The position numbers and the translations under genes were made by a program. This document shows positions 1-9,159 of a stretch of 64,000 bases of DNA, piece after piece. Position 1 is the first letter of the stretch; every line of letters begins with the position of its first letter. The notes beneath the pieces were generated by a model. The model was not told the origin of the DNA. It searched no databases and saw nothing but the letters and a program-made list of their open reading frames with translations. This DNA is from Patescibacteria group bacterium (GTDB taxonomy: Bacteria; Patescibacteriota; JABMPQ01; JAQVVF01), in contig JBAZSC010000001.1 of the NCBI GenBank assembly GCA_041662665.1, positions 193,511 through 257,510 on the forward strand, written 5' to 3'.

Positions 1-695
1 CGAGCCCTTTCTTCAACATTATTATTAAGCTCTTTTAATTCAACCTCTCCATATCTTCTTTTCAAAGCTAATTTAATCAGCAAATCACAAAATTCATTAT
101 TTTTAGGCAAAACAGATCCATGCATGTATGTTCCAAAAACATTTTTGTATCTTGCTCCTTCAAATCCATCTTCGCCATTGTTACCCCAACCTTTCAAAAC
201 TTTGCCTAATGGTTCAACGCCTTCGCCTAGATATGTTTTTCCAGAATGATTTTCAAATCCAACAATTTTTTTAGAATTAATCAAATTAGATTCGATCAAT
301 ATATTTCCAATCATTCGATCATAGCTCGCTAAAGTTTTAACATTCAAAATTCCTAATCCCAATAATTTTGGTCCTTGATGCGGTTGATAATAATGTCCTA
401 ATAATTGATATCCTCCGCAGACAGTTAAAAATACAGCGCCATTTTCTGCTGCTTGTTTCAAATTTGCTTTATTTTCTCTCAAATCTTTAGACGCTAAAAT
501 TTGTTCTTTATCCTGACCTCCGCCAAAAAAATAAAAATCAAATTTTTCAATATTAACTTTTGCATTAACATCCAAATCAGTTATTTCAGTTTCAATTCCT
601 CGCCATTCACATCTTTTTTGAAAAGCTAAAACATTACCGCGGTCGCCGTAAATATTCATGATACGTGGATACAAGTAGCCAATATTTAACTTCAT
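1..695 (-). CDS. gatD: Lipid II isoglutaminyl synthase glutamine amidotransferase subunit (CobQ-like), 3' end outside window
   Basis: Not in the ORF track; translated from ATG at 695: MKLNIGYLYPRIMNIYGDRGN...GGGQD...VCGGYQLLG...GFENHSG...GTYMHG; directly downstream of murT. Confidence 0.9.
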   Translation of the reverse strand, partial: MKLNIGYLYPRIMNIYGDRGNVLAFQKRCEWRGIETEITDLDVNAKVNIEKFDFYFFGGGQDKEQILASKDLRENKANLKQAAENGAVFLTVCGGYQLLGHYYQPHQGPKLLGLGILNVKTLASYDRMIGNILIESNLINSKKIVGFENHSGKTYLGEGVEPLGKVLKGWGNNGEDGFEGARYKNVFGTYMHGSVLPKNNEFCDLLIKLALKRRYGEVELKELNNNVEERA

Positions 696-700
696 AAAAA

Positions 701-799
701 TTATCAATTATCAATTTTCAATAAATTTTCAATTATCAATTTCCAACAGGACTTTGAAAATTGAACATTGATCATTTATTGAAAATTGGTCATTGAAAA
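701..799. repeat. Empty palindromic heptamer element (TTATCAA / TTGAAAA)
   Basis: 3x7 + TAAA + 3x7, 7-nt centre CAGGACT, then mirrored 3x7 + TTTA + 3x7; fills the murT-gatD spacer. Confidence 0.9.
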
Positions 800-2176
800 T
801 TATAGCCAGCTTTGTTTTAAGTATCCCTTTTTCGCAATAATATTTCTTAAATCTAGCATGGAAGAATAAGTAGGCAAAATATATAAAGTTTCACCAGCAT
901 CTAATTTCATTTTAGCCATTTCAAGAAGTTTATCATAATCTTTTTCTAGGCCAATTTTATTCAAATCAAGTCCAGCATATTTGAATCTTAAAACAAGTTC
1001 TTCAGCGCGTTGGCCCGCCACAAAAACATAATCAACAAAATTAATTAATCTTTCAAAATCAACATCCCAAATCCAAGAAATATCTCGACCATCAGGAATA
1101 TTATCATTTAAAGTAATAATCATTTTCTTTTTTTTGCCATCAGTTTCAAGCAATTTGATTACTTCATTAAAGCCAGTTGGATTTTTGACAAGCATTAAAA
1201 TCGCATCATTTTTATCTAACTTAAATTTTTCTAGTCTTCCAAAAGCAGCTTTTGTTTTTTCAATTCCTAACTTTATTTTATCAAAAGAAATATCTAAATT
1301 TAAACAGCAAGCAGCTGCAGCCAAGACATTATAAATATTATAAAATCCAGGCAAAGGAAAATGGACACTTATTTTCTTTGCATCTTCTTGCATCAAAATA
1401 TCAGATCCATTAAAACTATTTAATTTAATTTCTTCTGCTGACAAATTTAAATTAGGCCTAGTTAATCCGCATTTCGGGCAATGATATTTGCCAATATGAG
1501 AATAAAAAAGAGCGCTATAAACTAATGGCTCTTTACAATTTGGACAATTTTTTGAATCTGCAGATTCTGCTATTTTTTCTATTTTATAATTTTCATTATT
1601 AACGCCGTAAAAAAAGATATTCTTTTTATTTATAGCAATACTTGAAACAAGGGGATCATCAGCATTCAAAATAATTTTAGTTTCGCCTGATAAATTATCA
1701 ATTGTCTCTTTCCAAAGTTTTGCTAATTTTTCTAACTCGCCATATCGATCTAATTGATCGCGAAATAAATTCATTAACACAACAACTTTTGGATTTGTTT
1801 GTTTGGCTACCAAAGGCACAGTTGCTTCATCGACTTCAAATACCGCCCAATCATAATTTAATTTGCCATTTAACGAACATTTTGAGAGCAGGCTAGAAGT
1901 CACACCAGACAATAAATTTGCGCCAGCTCGATTATGGATAAACTCAAAATTTTCTTCGTTTAAAATATTTGAAATTAATCTTGTAGTCGTAGTTTTTCCA
2001 TTTGTTCCAGAAACAATAATTACGCCTTTTTTTAATTTTGCGCTTAACTTTGTCAAAACTTGTGGATCAATTTTTCGAGCCAAAAGACCAGGCAAAGAAG
2101 TTGCTTGACCTCGATTTAACGCTCTTACAAAAAAAGACGCTAACTTAGCAATAATAATGGCTAAAAAAAGACGCAT
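800..2176 (-). CDS. murT: Mur ligase family MurT (DUF1727 domain)
   Basis: GTNGKTTT P-loop, NLFRDQLDRYGE, CxxC...CxxC zinc site, KNPTG, DGRDISWIWD; ATG at 2176 preferred over the TTG at 2191, which lies in a repeat. Confidence 0.92.
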   Translation of the reverse strand: MRLFLAIIIAKLASFFVRALNRGQATSLPGLLARKIDPQVLTKLSAKLKKGVIIVSGTNGKTTTTRLISNILNEENFEFIHNRAGANLLSGVTSSLLSKCSLNGKLNYDWAVFEVDEATVPLVAKQTNPKVVVLMNLFRDQLDRYGELEKLAKLWKETIDNLSGETKIILNADDPLVSSIAINKKNIFFYGVNNENYKIEKIAESADSKNCPNCKEPLVYSALFYSHIGKYHCPKCGLTRPNLNLSAEEIKLNSFNGSDILMQEDAKKISVHFPLPGFYNIYNVLAAAACCLNLDISFDKIKLGIEKTKAAFGRLEKFKLDKNDAILMLVKNPTGFNEVIKLLETDGKKKKMIITLNDNIPDGRDISWIWDVDFERLINFVDYVFVAGQRAEELVLRFKYAGLDLNKIGLEKDYDKLLEMAKMKLDAGETLYILPTYSSMLDLRNIIAKKGYLKQSWL

Positions 2177-2184
2177 TTTATAAA

Positions 2185-2321
2185 TTTTCAATTTCTAATT
2201 ACTAATTTCTATTAAATTATTAATTTTTAATTTCTAAAAACTTTAACCAAATTAAATTATTGTTTAGAAATTGATTAATTGAAAATTTAATAAAAATTAG
2301 AAATTGAAAATTAGAAATTAG
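2185..2321. repeat. Empty palindromic heptamer element (TTTCTAA / TTAGAAA)
   Basis: Mirrored heptamer arms with TAAA/TTTA phase break; near-copy at 41931-42069. Confidence 0.85.
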
Positions 2322-2329
2322 TATGACTA

Positions 2330-2397
2330 CCCTCAAGAAGAATCGACCGTAAAAATTTTTCATCAAAAATTTTTACTTTCTCGATCCTCAATCTCAC
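2330..2397 (-). pseudogene. Degenerate partial copy of the adjacent tRNA-Arg, interrupted by a hairpin
   Basis: ccctcaagaagaatcga (2330-2346) is identical to 2413-2429; gatcctcaatctcac (2383-2397) matches 2443-2457 at 14/15. Confidence 0.6.
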
Positions 2398-2410
2398 TGT
2401 GTTTTTTAAT

Positions 2411-2482
2411 TGCCCTCAAGAAGAATCGAACTTCTATTTTGAGATCCGCAATCTCACGCTCTATCCGTTGAGCTATGAGGGC
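2411..2482 (-). tRNA. tRNA-Arg (anticodon GCG), CCA not encoded
   Basis: Acceptor GCCCTCA/TGAGGGC, D arm GCTC/GAGC, anticodon arm TGAGA-TTGCGGA-TCTCA, T arm AGAAG-TTCGATT-CTTCT. Confidence 0.93.
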
Positions 2483-2565
2483 CTAAACAAAAAGATGATG
2501 TTTAAACATCATCTATATTTTACATTATACTCACTAAAAATCAAGTTTTTGGGACTTCTCGTCAG

Positions 2566-2606
2566 TTTCCGCGTTTTCCGCGTTAGCTTCCGCGTTTTTC
2601 CGCGTG
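2566..2606. repeat. Solo arm of the TTCCGCGT / CGGAT repeat family
   Basis: ttccgcgt repeated 4 times with 9-11 nt period just after the stop of the 2609-3148 gene. Confidence 0.7.
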
Positions 2607-2608
2607 TA

Positions 2609-3148
2609 TTAGAAACCTATTCTTCTTGAAAATTTATCAATTGTACCTTCGTCTTGATTTAAATCTTCAGGTAAAAATTTCAATAGCATTTCTCTTACTT
2701 TCAATGGATTCTGATCTTCAAGCTGAATAACTAATGCTGGAAATAAAGATTGCTTTCTTTTAAAATTCAAAACTTTTAAATCAGGTGGATTGTATAAGAT
2801 CCAAAAATTATCTAAATCATCTTCATATGTATATAAAGTATCATTAATTTTGAAGCCTTTTTTCATTATTGCAACTTTCAAAATATTTGGTTTTCTTTGC
2901 GTATAAATGACAATTACAATAGTAAACAAAACAATTAAAACAGCAAACAAAAAATTCATTGTCCATATTGCATAGACCAAAGTTAATGCAGCTAAAATAT
3001 AAACAACCAAAATCCAAGCCGGATTTCGATCATATTGAATGAATTCTCTTGCTTCCCATTTCATCAAAACATCTTCTTTTTTAAAAGCTAAAACTTTTTC
3101 AGTAGTTGCTGTCTGTTCGACAGGTTTATCTGATAATTTTATTGGCAT
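2609..3148 (-). CDS. Conserved two-TM membrane protein, unknown function
   Basis: 179 aa ORF, WEAREF motif, two hydrophobic helices and a soluble C-terminal domain. Confidence 0.7.
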   Translation of the reverse strand: MPIKLSDKPVEQTATTEKVLAFKKEDVLMKWEAREFIQYDRNPAWILVVYILAALTLVYAIWTMNFLFAVLIVLFTIVIVIYTQRKPNILKVAIMKKGFKINDTLYTYEDDLDNFWILYNPPDLKVLNFKRKQSLFPALVIQLEDQNPLKVREMLLKFLPEDLNQDEGTIDKFSRRIGF

Positions 3149-3216
3149 ATTTCTAAATTAAAATATAACAAATCTATTAATATTATAACACAAAACAAAA
3201 TTATATTAAAATCAAT

Positions 3217-3936
3217 TTAATATAATGTAACGCCTTCTGTTTCTCCATGATTAGTTTCAACATCATATGCATCTTCAAGCTGAGAAAGTTCAATTAAATA
3301 TTTTTCCTGGATCGGATAAACTTTATCGTCAAATTCTTGGCACGAATTATAATTAGTAATGTTTTTAATTTCTTGCAGAAATTTTTCGCCTTCTTGTTTT
3401 GCAATTTCGCCATGATTCTGTTCATGCTTTTCTAAAAGAGCATAAAAAGTATTCCATTTTTGTTGCATGTCAATTGACGCTTCATCATAATTTATCCATT
3501 TTGGCATGATATATTCAATATTTACTTCTGCATCTACCGGAGTGCATCCATTGCCAGTTTTTAGAGGCAATGTCCAATCAATTGCATAATTAGCCATTGC
3601 ATAATATCTTTCAGTGCTTGTTGATTCTGGACCTAATTCTTGCATTTGCTTGTTTAATTCTTCCGCAGTAAAACCAGAAATGTCATAATAAGTAGTTTTA
3701 ATTTCCTCAACTAGTTTGTCATTAACAACAACTTCAGCTTTTTCTTGATTTTTTTCTTCAATATTTTGAATTGTAGCTTCTTTATTTTTTGACGCTAGAA
3801 AAATTGGATAAGCTTTCCATGCAAAAAAAGTTAATCCGAAAATAGCTGTCATCCAAAAAGCAATCAAAAGAACAATTATTAAAATCAAAAAAAATTTGCC
3901 ATTATTTGGTTTTGTTTTTAAATTATTTTTTTGCAA
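3217..3936 (-). CDS. Membrane-anchored DUF922-like putative Zn metalloprotease
   Basis: N-terminal TM, YYDISG, MPKW, HEQNH (HExxH). Confidence 0.7.
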   Translation of the reverse strand: MQKNNLKTKPNNGKFFLILIIVLLIAFWMTAIFGLTFFAWKAYPIFLASKNKEATIQNIEEKNQEKAEVVVNDKLVEEIKTTYYDISGFTAEELNKQMQELGPESTSTERYYAMANYAIDWTLPLKTGNGCTPVDAEVNIEYIMPKWINYDEASIDMQQKWNTFYALLEKHEQNHGEIAKQEGEKFLQEIKNITNYNSCQEFDDKVYPIQEKYLIELSQLEDAYDVETNHGETEGVTLY

Positions 3937-3942
3937 TTTATT

Positions 3943-5328
3943 TTATTTATTTTTTGGTTCAACGTGGACAATTACTCTTTCCACATTTGTAATATTTTCG
4001 CGAATAATATTTTTTAATTTTGTTGCTTGTGCATGAGATTCTTCCAAAGATAAATTATTATCAGCATAGCAATGCATAGTAATATATAATTTGCCATTAA
4101 TTTTGCGAGCAGAAATATTATGAACATCAGCTAATTTATCAAAATTCTTAGCTAATTCCTGCACTTTTTGATTTATTGTTGAAAGTTCTGCATCAGAAAT
4201 TTTTTCACTTTTCAATTCTTTTGTAACAATTGGATCAATGTGAATATTTAATTCAATCTTGGAATCCAAAGCATCTTGGATTAATTTCTCTAATAAACTT
4301 GCTTTTTCATGCGCTTCTTCTACTGTCAAATCATTCGGCAATTCTAAATCAAAGCTCACAAATTTATTATTATCCAAATTTTCAACGACAATGTCATGAA
4401 TAAACATGCTATTTTTTGCAGATAATATTTGAATAGTTTCAACTATTGTTTCATCTTCGGTTTTAATTGAGCTGGTATGAATTGCTATTTCCGAACCAGG
4501 CACTTTTTTGTTAATTTCTGTTTTTAGGCCATTTACAATTTCATCAACTTTTTCAAGTGAAAGTCTTCGGCTAATTTTTATACCCATATCAATAAAAATA
4601 TTTGGACCTAATGATCTAACTCTAATATAATCAGCAATTATTTTTTCATTTGATTTTAAAATAATTTCATCAACAGTTTCTTTGACGCCTTTTGGTGCAG
4701 TATCAACCAAGACATCAATTGTTCTTTTTCCTAATCTGTATCCTGCAATAAGAACAAAGACTGCTACGCCAATTGCTGCGATTGAATCAGCACCTTTTAT
4801 ACCGAAAGCTACAAAAACCAAGCCTAATAAAACAACTGCCGAGCTATAGATATCAGAATTAAAATGCAGAGCATCAGCTTCCAGAGCTTGGCTATTTGTT
4901 GATTTTGCGACTTTGTATAATGCTCTAGACCTTGAAATATCAATTATTATTGAAATAATGATAATCACAAAAGCATACCATGTTGCATGGACTTCTGTAT
5001 CATGTTCAATTAATCTTTTAATAGCTTCATAAATAATCCAAAAGCTTGTTAGAAATAATAATCCAGTTTCAATCAATGCTGACACGCTTTCTATTTTTCC
5101 ATGGCCATATGGATGATCAGAATCTGCAGGTTTGTCGCCAATTTTTACCGCAAAATAGGTCATAACAGCTGCCACCAAATCTAAAGCTGAATGAGCAGCT
5201 TCAGAAATAATGCCCATACTGCCAGTTAAAATACCAACAACTAATTTCATTGCAGTCATTAAAAAACTTGCGATTACAGAACTTAAGGCAACATTCTCTT
5301 TTTTGTGATTTATATGGTTATGCGACAT
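3943..5328 (-). CDS. Cation diffusion facilitator (FieF-like) transporter with extra C-terminal dimerisation domains
   Basis: EAAHSALD, KPADSDHPYGHGKIE, ADALHFNSD; three successive C-terminal metallochaperone-like repeats ending IHTSS / IHIDP / VHVEP. Confidence 0.9.
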   Translation of the reverse strand: MSHNHINHKKENVALSSVIASFLMTAMKLVVGILTGSMGIISEAAHSALDLVAAVMTYFAVKIGDKPADSDHPYGHGKIESVSALIETGLLFLTSFWIIYEAIKRLIEHDTEVHATWYAFVIIIISIIIDISRSRALYKVAKSTNSQALEADALHFNSDIYSSAVVLLGLVFVAFGIKGADSIAAIGVAVFVLIAGYRLGKRTIDVLVDTAPKGVKETVDEIILKSNEKIIADYIRVRSLGPNIFIDMGIKISRRLSLEKVDEIVNGLKTEINKKVPGSEIAIHTSSIKTEDETIVETIQILSAKNSMFIHDIVVENLDNNKFVSFDLELPNDLTVEEAHEKASLLEKLIQDALDSKIELNIHIDPIVTKELKSEKISDAELSTINQKVQELAKNFDKLADVHNISARKINGKLYITMHCYADNNLSLEESHAQATKLKNIIRENITNVERVIVHVEPKNK

Positions 5329-5355
5329 AAAATATAAAATTCAATATTAACGTGA

Positions 5356-5383
5356 ATAATATCATTAAATGCGATTTTGTCAA
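5356..5383 (-). promoter_or_regulatory. Putative sigma70 promoter of the CDF gene
   Basis: Minus strand TTGACA-N16-TATTAT with TG extension, about 27 nt upstream of the ATG. Confidence 0.45.
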
Positions 5384-5495
5384 TTTCTTATTAATAAAAT
5401 TTTAACATTATTTTACTAATTGTTAAATCTTTCTTCTTATGTTATATTATTTATAAATCTTAAAAATTATTAAAACAAAAATTAAACTAAACATT

Positions 5496-6467
5496 ATGAA
5501 GAAAAAGCAATCGGATTTTTGGGTAAAAGTAAAAAAATTATTTCCTGAATTTACTAAAAAAGAACGACCATCTTGGTATCTTGATTTAAAATGGGTATCG
5601 AGTTTATTATTTTTCATCTTTTTTGTTTCAGCACTTCTTATCTATAATTTTAGCCAGATCGTATCCAAGAAAAATGTCGTAGATCAAATGACAACGAATA
5701 TTCAAACTTCTTTGCAAAAAGAATTGACTGATTTTTTTCAGCTTGCCAATCAATTTTTAGCAACAAATGAAAATTACGTCAAAATAATTTTAAACGAAGC
5801 AAAAAATGAATTAGATAAATTAGCTAAAACTTCAGAAGAAGCTTCGAAACAAACTTCAGAACAAAGTGGCGAAAAAATTCAGCCAATTAAAGGTCTCGAT
5901 TTTTCGATAGATAAAAATCAAATTGATAAATATTCAAAAGAAATAGAAACTGCAATTTACAAAGAAATAGCTAATTCATTGCAAGAGATTCAAGACAAAG
6001 GATTGACCAATGCTACTGACCGCGATCAATGGCAAAAAGAATTGACTGACAAAATTAATTTTCCAAAAATTTATTCTCCTGAATTGCATCGCAAATATGT
6101 TTTAATTTCATCCTTATTATTTTTCATTTCTTTCATACTATTTTTCGGCGCCATATTTTTTAGCTATGCATGGGGCAGAGTTTTTACACCAGGACTTTTA
6201 ATCTTGTTAACTAGTATTCCAGGTTTTTACATATTTAATCGCGCTCATAATTATTTAATCCATTCTTCTTTAAAAAATTTAGCTGACAGCAGTAATTTTC
6301 TGATCCAATTATTTGCTCAAGCAGTTTATGATGCCTTTAATCAGCAGATCAATTCCATCTATTTAGTTTACAAAGTCCTATTAGTTCTTGGTATAATTTT
6401 AATGATCACTGCAATTGCTGGCAAGATCTATCACCATTATAAAAATAAAAAGAAAGCAAAAAAATAA
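5496..6467 (+). CDS. Hypothetical membrane protein
   Basis: 323 aa; N-terminal TM, helical extracytoplasmic region, three C-terminal TMs. Confidence 0.7.
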   Translation: MKKKQSDFWVKVKKLFPEFTKKERPSWYLDLKWVSSLLFFIFFVSALLIYNFSQIVSKKNVVDQMTTNIQTSLQKELTDFFQLANQFLATNENYVKIILNEAKNELDKLAKTSEEASKQTSEQSGEKIQPIKGLDFSIDKNQIDKYSKEIETAIYKEIANSLQEIQDKGLTNATDRDQWQKELTDKINFPKIYSPELHRKYVLISSLLFFISFILFFGAIFFSYAWGRVFTPGLLILLTSIPGFYIFNRAHNYLIHSSLKNLADSSNFLIQLFAQAVYDAFNQQINSIYLVYKVLLVLGIILMITAIAGKIYHHYKNKKKAKK

Positions 6468-6484
6468 AATATATTAAATTCAGT

Positions 6485-6519
6485 AAACAAAAACGCCAAA
6501 ATATTTTCTGGCGTTTTTT
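6485..6519. terminator. Bidirectional intrinsic terminator
   Basis: aaaaacgcca-loop-tggcgttttt between convergent genes; [13 protein letters not shown] copy at 13275-13309. Confidence 0.8.
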
Positions 6520-6534
6520 AATATTAAAAATATT

Positions 6535-6858
6535 TTACCTTAATAAAATTAATAATCCAAATACAACTAAAGTAATCACAAAAATCCAGCCAACAGTAAA
6601 CAAAAATAATTTAACAGCTTCTGTTTTTTGTTTTTCAAGATACAGCATTATCGGTTTTCCAAATACTAAAGATCCAGTAACTGTTGCTGATAAAACAAAA
6701 AGTAGTAGAAAAGCAACCGGTCCTAAATAATTTTTCATCGAACCAAAAACCTTTTCCGCATTATTCATTATTAATGTTACTAAGGCGATATAGATTGTTA
6801 ATCCAATAGCGCTCATAAAACTTAATCCAATAATATTTTCCTTTTTTACATCTGTCAT
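6535..6858 (-). CDS. Small hypothetical membrane protein
   Basis: 107 aa, three hydrophobic helices. Confidence 0.7.
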   Translation of the reverse strand: MTDVKKENIIGLSFMSAIGLTIYIALVTLIMNNAEKVFGSMKNYLGPVAFLLLFVLSATVTGSLVFGKPIMLYLEKQKTEAVKLFLFTVGWIFVITLVVFGLLILLR

Positions 6859-6867
6859 AATTTTATA

Positions 6868-7524
6868 TTATTTAATAAAAAACATAATTCCGCGATAGGC
6901 GAAGTATATTCCAAAAATCGCAAACAAAACAAACATTATAAAACGACTATATTTCATTGCCAAAATATTAAGTTTCGCCAGTGGCTTGGCCGCCAATTTT
7001 GGAAAAAGTAAATAAAAAAATAAAGGCAAGGTTATCGCTAAAACAAAAAAGGATAAATTCATTATCAAGAAAACAACTTTCCAAAAAATATCAATGTCTG
7101 GAGCGCTAACAGTTTCTTTAGCAGCAATAAAATTAAATAAATCAGCATCAGTATTAGTAACAGTGATTACAACACCAATTAAAAATATCTTCCACAATGA
7201 TAATTCATGAGTTTTGCTTTTATCAACTTTCTTTTCTTTCGTAATCAAAACTTTAATGCCAAAAATTATAAAAGCTAATCCTGCTACTAAATCAATAATT
7301 GCTGAAACCAAAGTCGGTTTTTGATCAGGTGAAGCAATCTGTGCTAAAACAACGCCGAGTATAGTAATGCCAATTCCAATTATTAAAGAACCAAGAAGAA
7401 AAACAAGAGTTTTTGTCTTTGGATTTTTTTTATTGCCCAAGAGCAACAAAGCAATTGCTAAAATTCCTGGACTCAATGTTGCCGCTATATCAAGCGGAAT
7501 TATTTTTGCAAGTAATTCCATCAT
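6868..7524 (-). CDS. GAP (Sap/LysE-superfamily) membrane protein
   Basis: IAATLSPG motif, about six TMs; ATGA overlap with the upstream gene. Confidence 0.6.
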   Translation of the reverse strand: MMELLAKIIPLDIAATLSPGILAIALLLLGNKKNPKTKTLVFLLGSLIIGIGITILGVVLAQIASPDQKPTLVSAIIDLVAGLAFIIFGIKVLITKEKKVDKSKTHELSLWKIFLIGVVITVTNTDADLFNFIAAKETVSAPDIDIFWKVVFLIMNLSFFVLAITLPLFFYLLFPKLAAKPLAKLNILAMKYSRFIMFVLFAIFGIYFAYRGIMFFIK

Positions 7525-8960
7525 ATAATTTTGTTTTTATTTTCTAAAACCATTTTCAAAAAGTTCTCAATATATTTTTTTCCTTGATTATATGGCACAT
7601 GAATTTCTGCATGAAATTGCTCGCCATAAATAAATCGTCTAGTGCTTTTTTGCGCTTGGACATAAGTTGATTTTGCAATTACCTCGAATTCTTCGGCAGG
7701 CTCAGCAACTTCCCAGCTATGAACTTCTGGTGCTGTAAAATTATCTTTAAATCCTTCAAAAATTGGATCTTTTTTCTCAAGCTTTATTTTTGTCATGCGA
7801 GTTTTTGGTTCAATCGCCGAAATATCAGACCAGCCCATAGACCTTGCTCTTGTATATCCATAAGCCATTGCCAAAAATTGATGGCCAGCGCAAATTCCAA
7901 GCAATGGAATGTCAGTTTGCCTGATAATTTCAAATTCGCCATTATGTTCAAACATTGGCAGATTTGGATAATCAGCATTATTGCCAGATAGGATAATTGC
8001 TTTTGGTTTATTTTTTAGGCTGTTCAACATCTCCATCGATACTTCAAAATAGGGAACAGTAACAGTTTTTAAATTAAAATTTAATCCTTCAATATGTTTT
8101 GCTAAATCAGTAAAAGTAAAACCATTATGTTCATTTCCAACAATTAAAACATAATCTTTTTCTGGTACAGTTGGCAATTTTGGCTTGCCAGGTGAATATA
8201 ATATTATTTCATTTAGTTGTGCTGCATAACCAATAAATTCTTTAATTAATAATTTAAAATAACGAGCAGTTACTGGTTTAAAATCAATAATATTTCTAAA
8301 TGTATCATTATTTTTAAATTCTGTACCAGAAATTTCTGTCCAAGTTTTATTATCATTGCTTGTCTGCCAAACAAAATTTTTGAGCCAGCCATCTGCATCA
8401 GTGGGTGTGGATAACATCCAAATTCGTGAAATTTCAATTGGTTTTCCTAAATCAAATTTTACAAAATGTTGATTTTCGCAAGGTGGTGGGCTTTGCCAAA
8501 AAGTTACTAAACCTGGATCATCATAATCAATAATATTTTTGGCATTATAGCCTCCAGAGACTTCGATATCTTTTACTTTTGCTCGCGTCAAATTCATAAA
8601 ATGATCATCTGATTCAATGTCTACAAAAAAACGAGAAACAGTCCAATCACTTTTGCTTGTTTCTGTGATTGCTCGAACTCTCCAATAATATTGTTGTTTG
8701 TCCTTCAAAGAATTTTCTTTTTCAATTTTTTTATCAGTTACAAACTCGCCATTTTCTGGCACATTTTTATATTCAATTAAATTTTTAGAATCAAAATTTT
8801 TATTCGTATCTAATTGAATTTCATAATGCCTATTTTTTGGCCCACCAGTTGCATTGAAAAATGAAAGTAGAGGATCAAGTTCTGTCACAATGACATCCCA
8901 ACTTGGATTATTGTTTAATTTTGGCGGAATAATTTCGTGATTTATTGTTTTTGTTGTCAT
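7521..8960 (-). CDS. Fn3-like + discoidin (F5/8 type C) + class I glutamine amidotransferase fusion
   Basis: YYWRVRA; WQS...FDLG...SNDNKTW...ARYFKL; GICAGHQ nucleophile Cys and QFHAE His-Glu. Confidence 0.8.
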   Translation of the reverse strand: MTTKTINHEIIPPKLNNNPSWDVIVTELDPLLSFFNATGGPKNRHYEIQLDTNKNFDSKNLIEYKNVPENGEFVTDKKIEKENSLKDKQQYYWRVRAITETSKSDWTVSRFFVDIESDDHFMNLTRAKVKDIEVSGGYNAKNIIDYDDPGLVTFWQSPPPCENQHFVKFDLGKPIEISRIWMLSTPTDADGWLKNFVWQTSNDNKTWTEISGTEFKNNDTFRNIIDFKPVTARYFKLLIKEFIGYAAQLNEIILYSPGKPKLPTVPEKDYVLIVGNEHNGFTFTDLAKHIEGLNFNLKTVTVPYFEVSMEMLNSLKNKPKAIILSGNNADYPNLPMFEHNGEFEIIRQTDIPLLGICAGHQFLAMAYGYTRARSMGWSDISAIEPKTRMTKIKLEKKDPIFEGFKDNFTAPEVHSWEVAEPAEEFEVIAKSTYVQAQKSTRRFIYGEQFHAEIHVPYNQGKKYIENFLKMVLENKNKII

Positions 8961-9078
8961 ATTTTTAAGTTAAAAATCTAAAGTCAAAAATTAAAAATAT
9001 TTAGAATTCGCTATTCTCATATTATCATATAATTATTTGTTAGAAAATTTATTCTTTGCTATACTAATTTTAAGTGAA

Positions 9079-9132
9079 ATTCGCAACGATTCGCATATTC
9101 GCAACATTTGCATGTATTCGTAAATTCGTATT
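9079..9132. repeat. Solo arm of the ATTCG(C/T)A repeat family
   Basis: attcgcatattcgcaacatttgcat is shared with 24361-24385; full palindrome at 39362-39464. Confidence 0.8.
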
Positions 9133-9159
9133 ATATTTTAAAAATAAAAAACAAAATTT

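Noticed and set aside
2399-2629. 76-aa plus-strand ORF
   Set aside because: Antisense to tRNA-Arg, and its RVFRVSFRVF tail is just a translated repeat arm.
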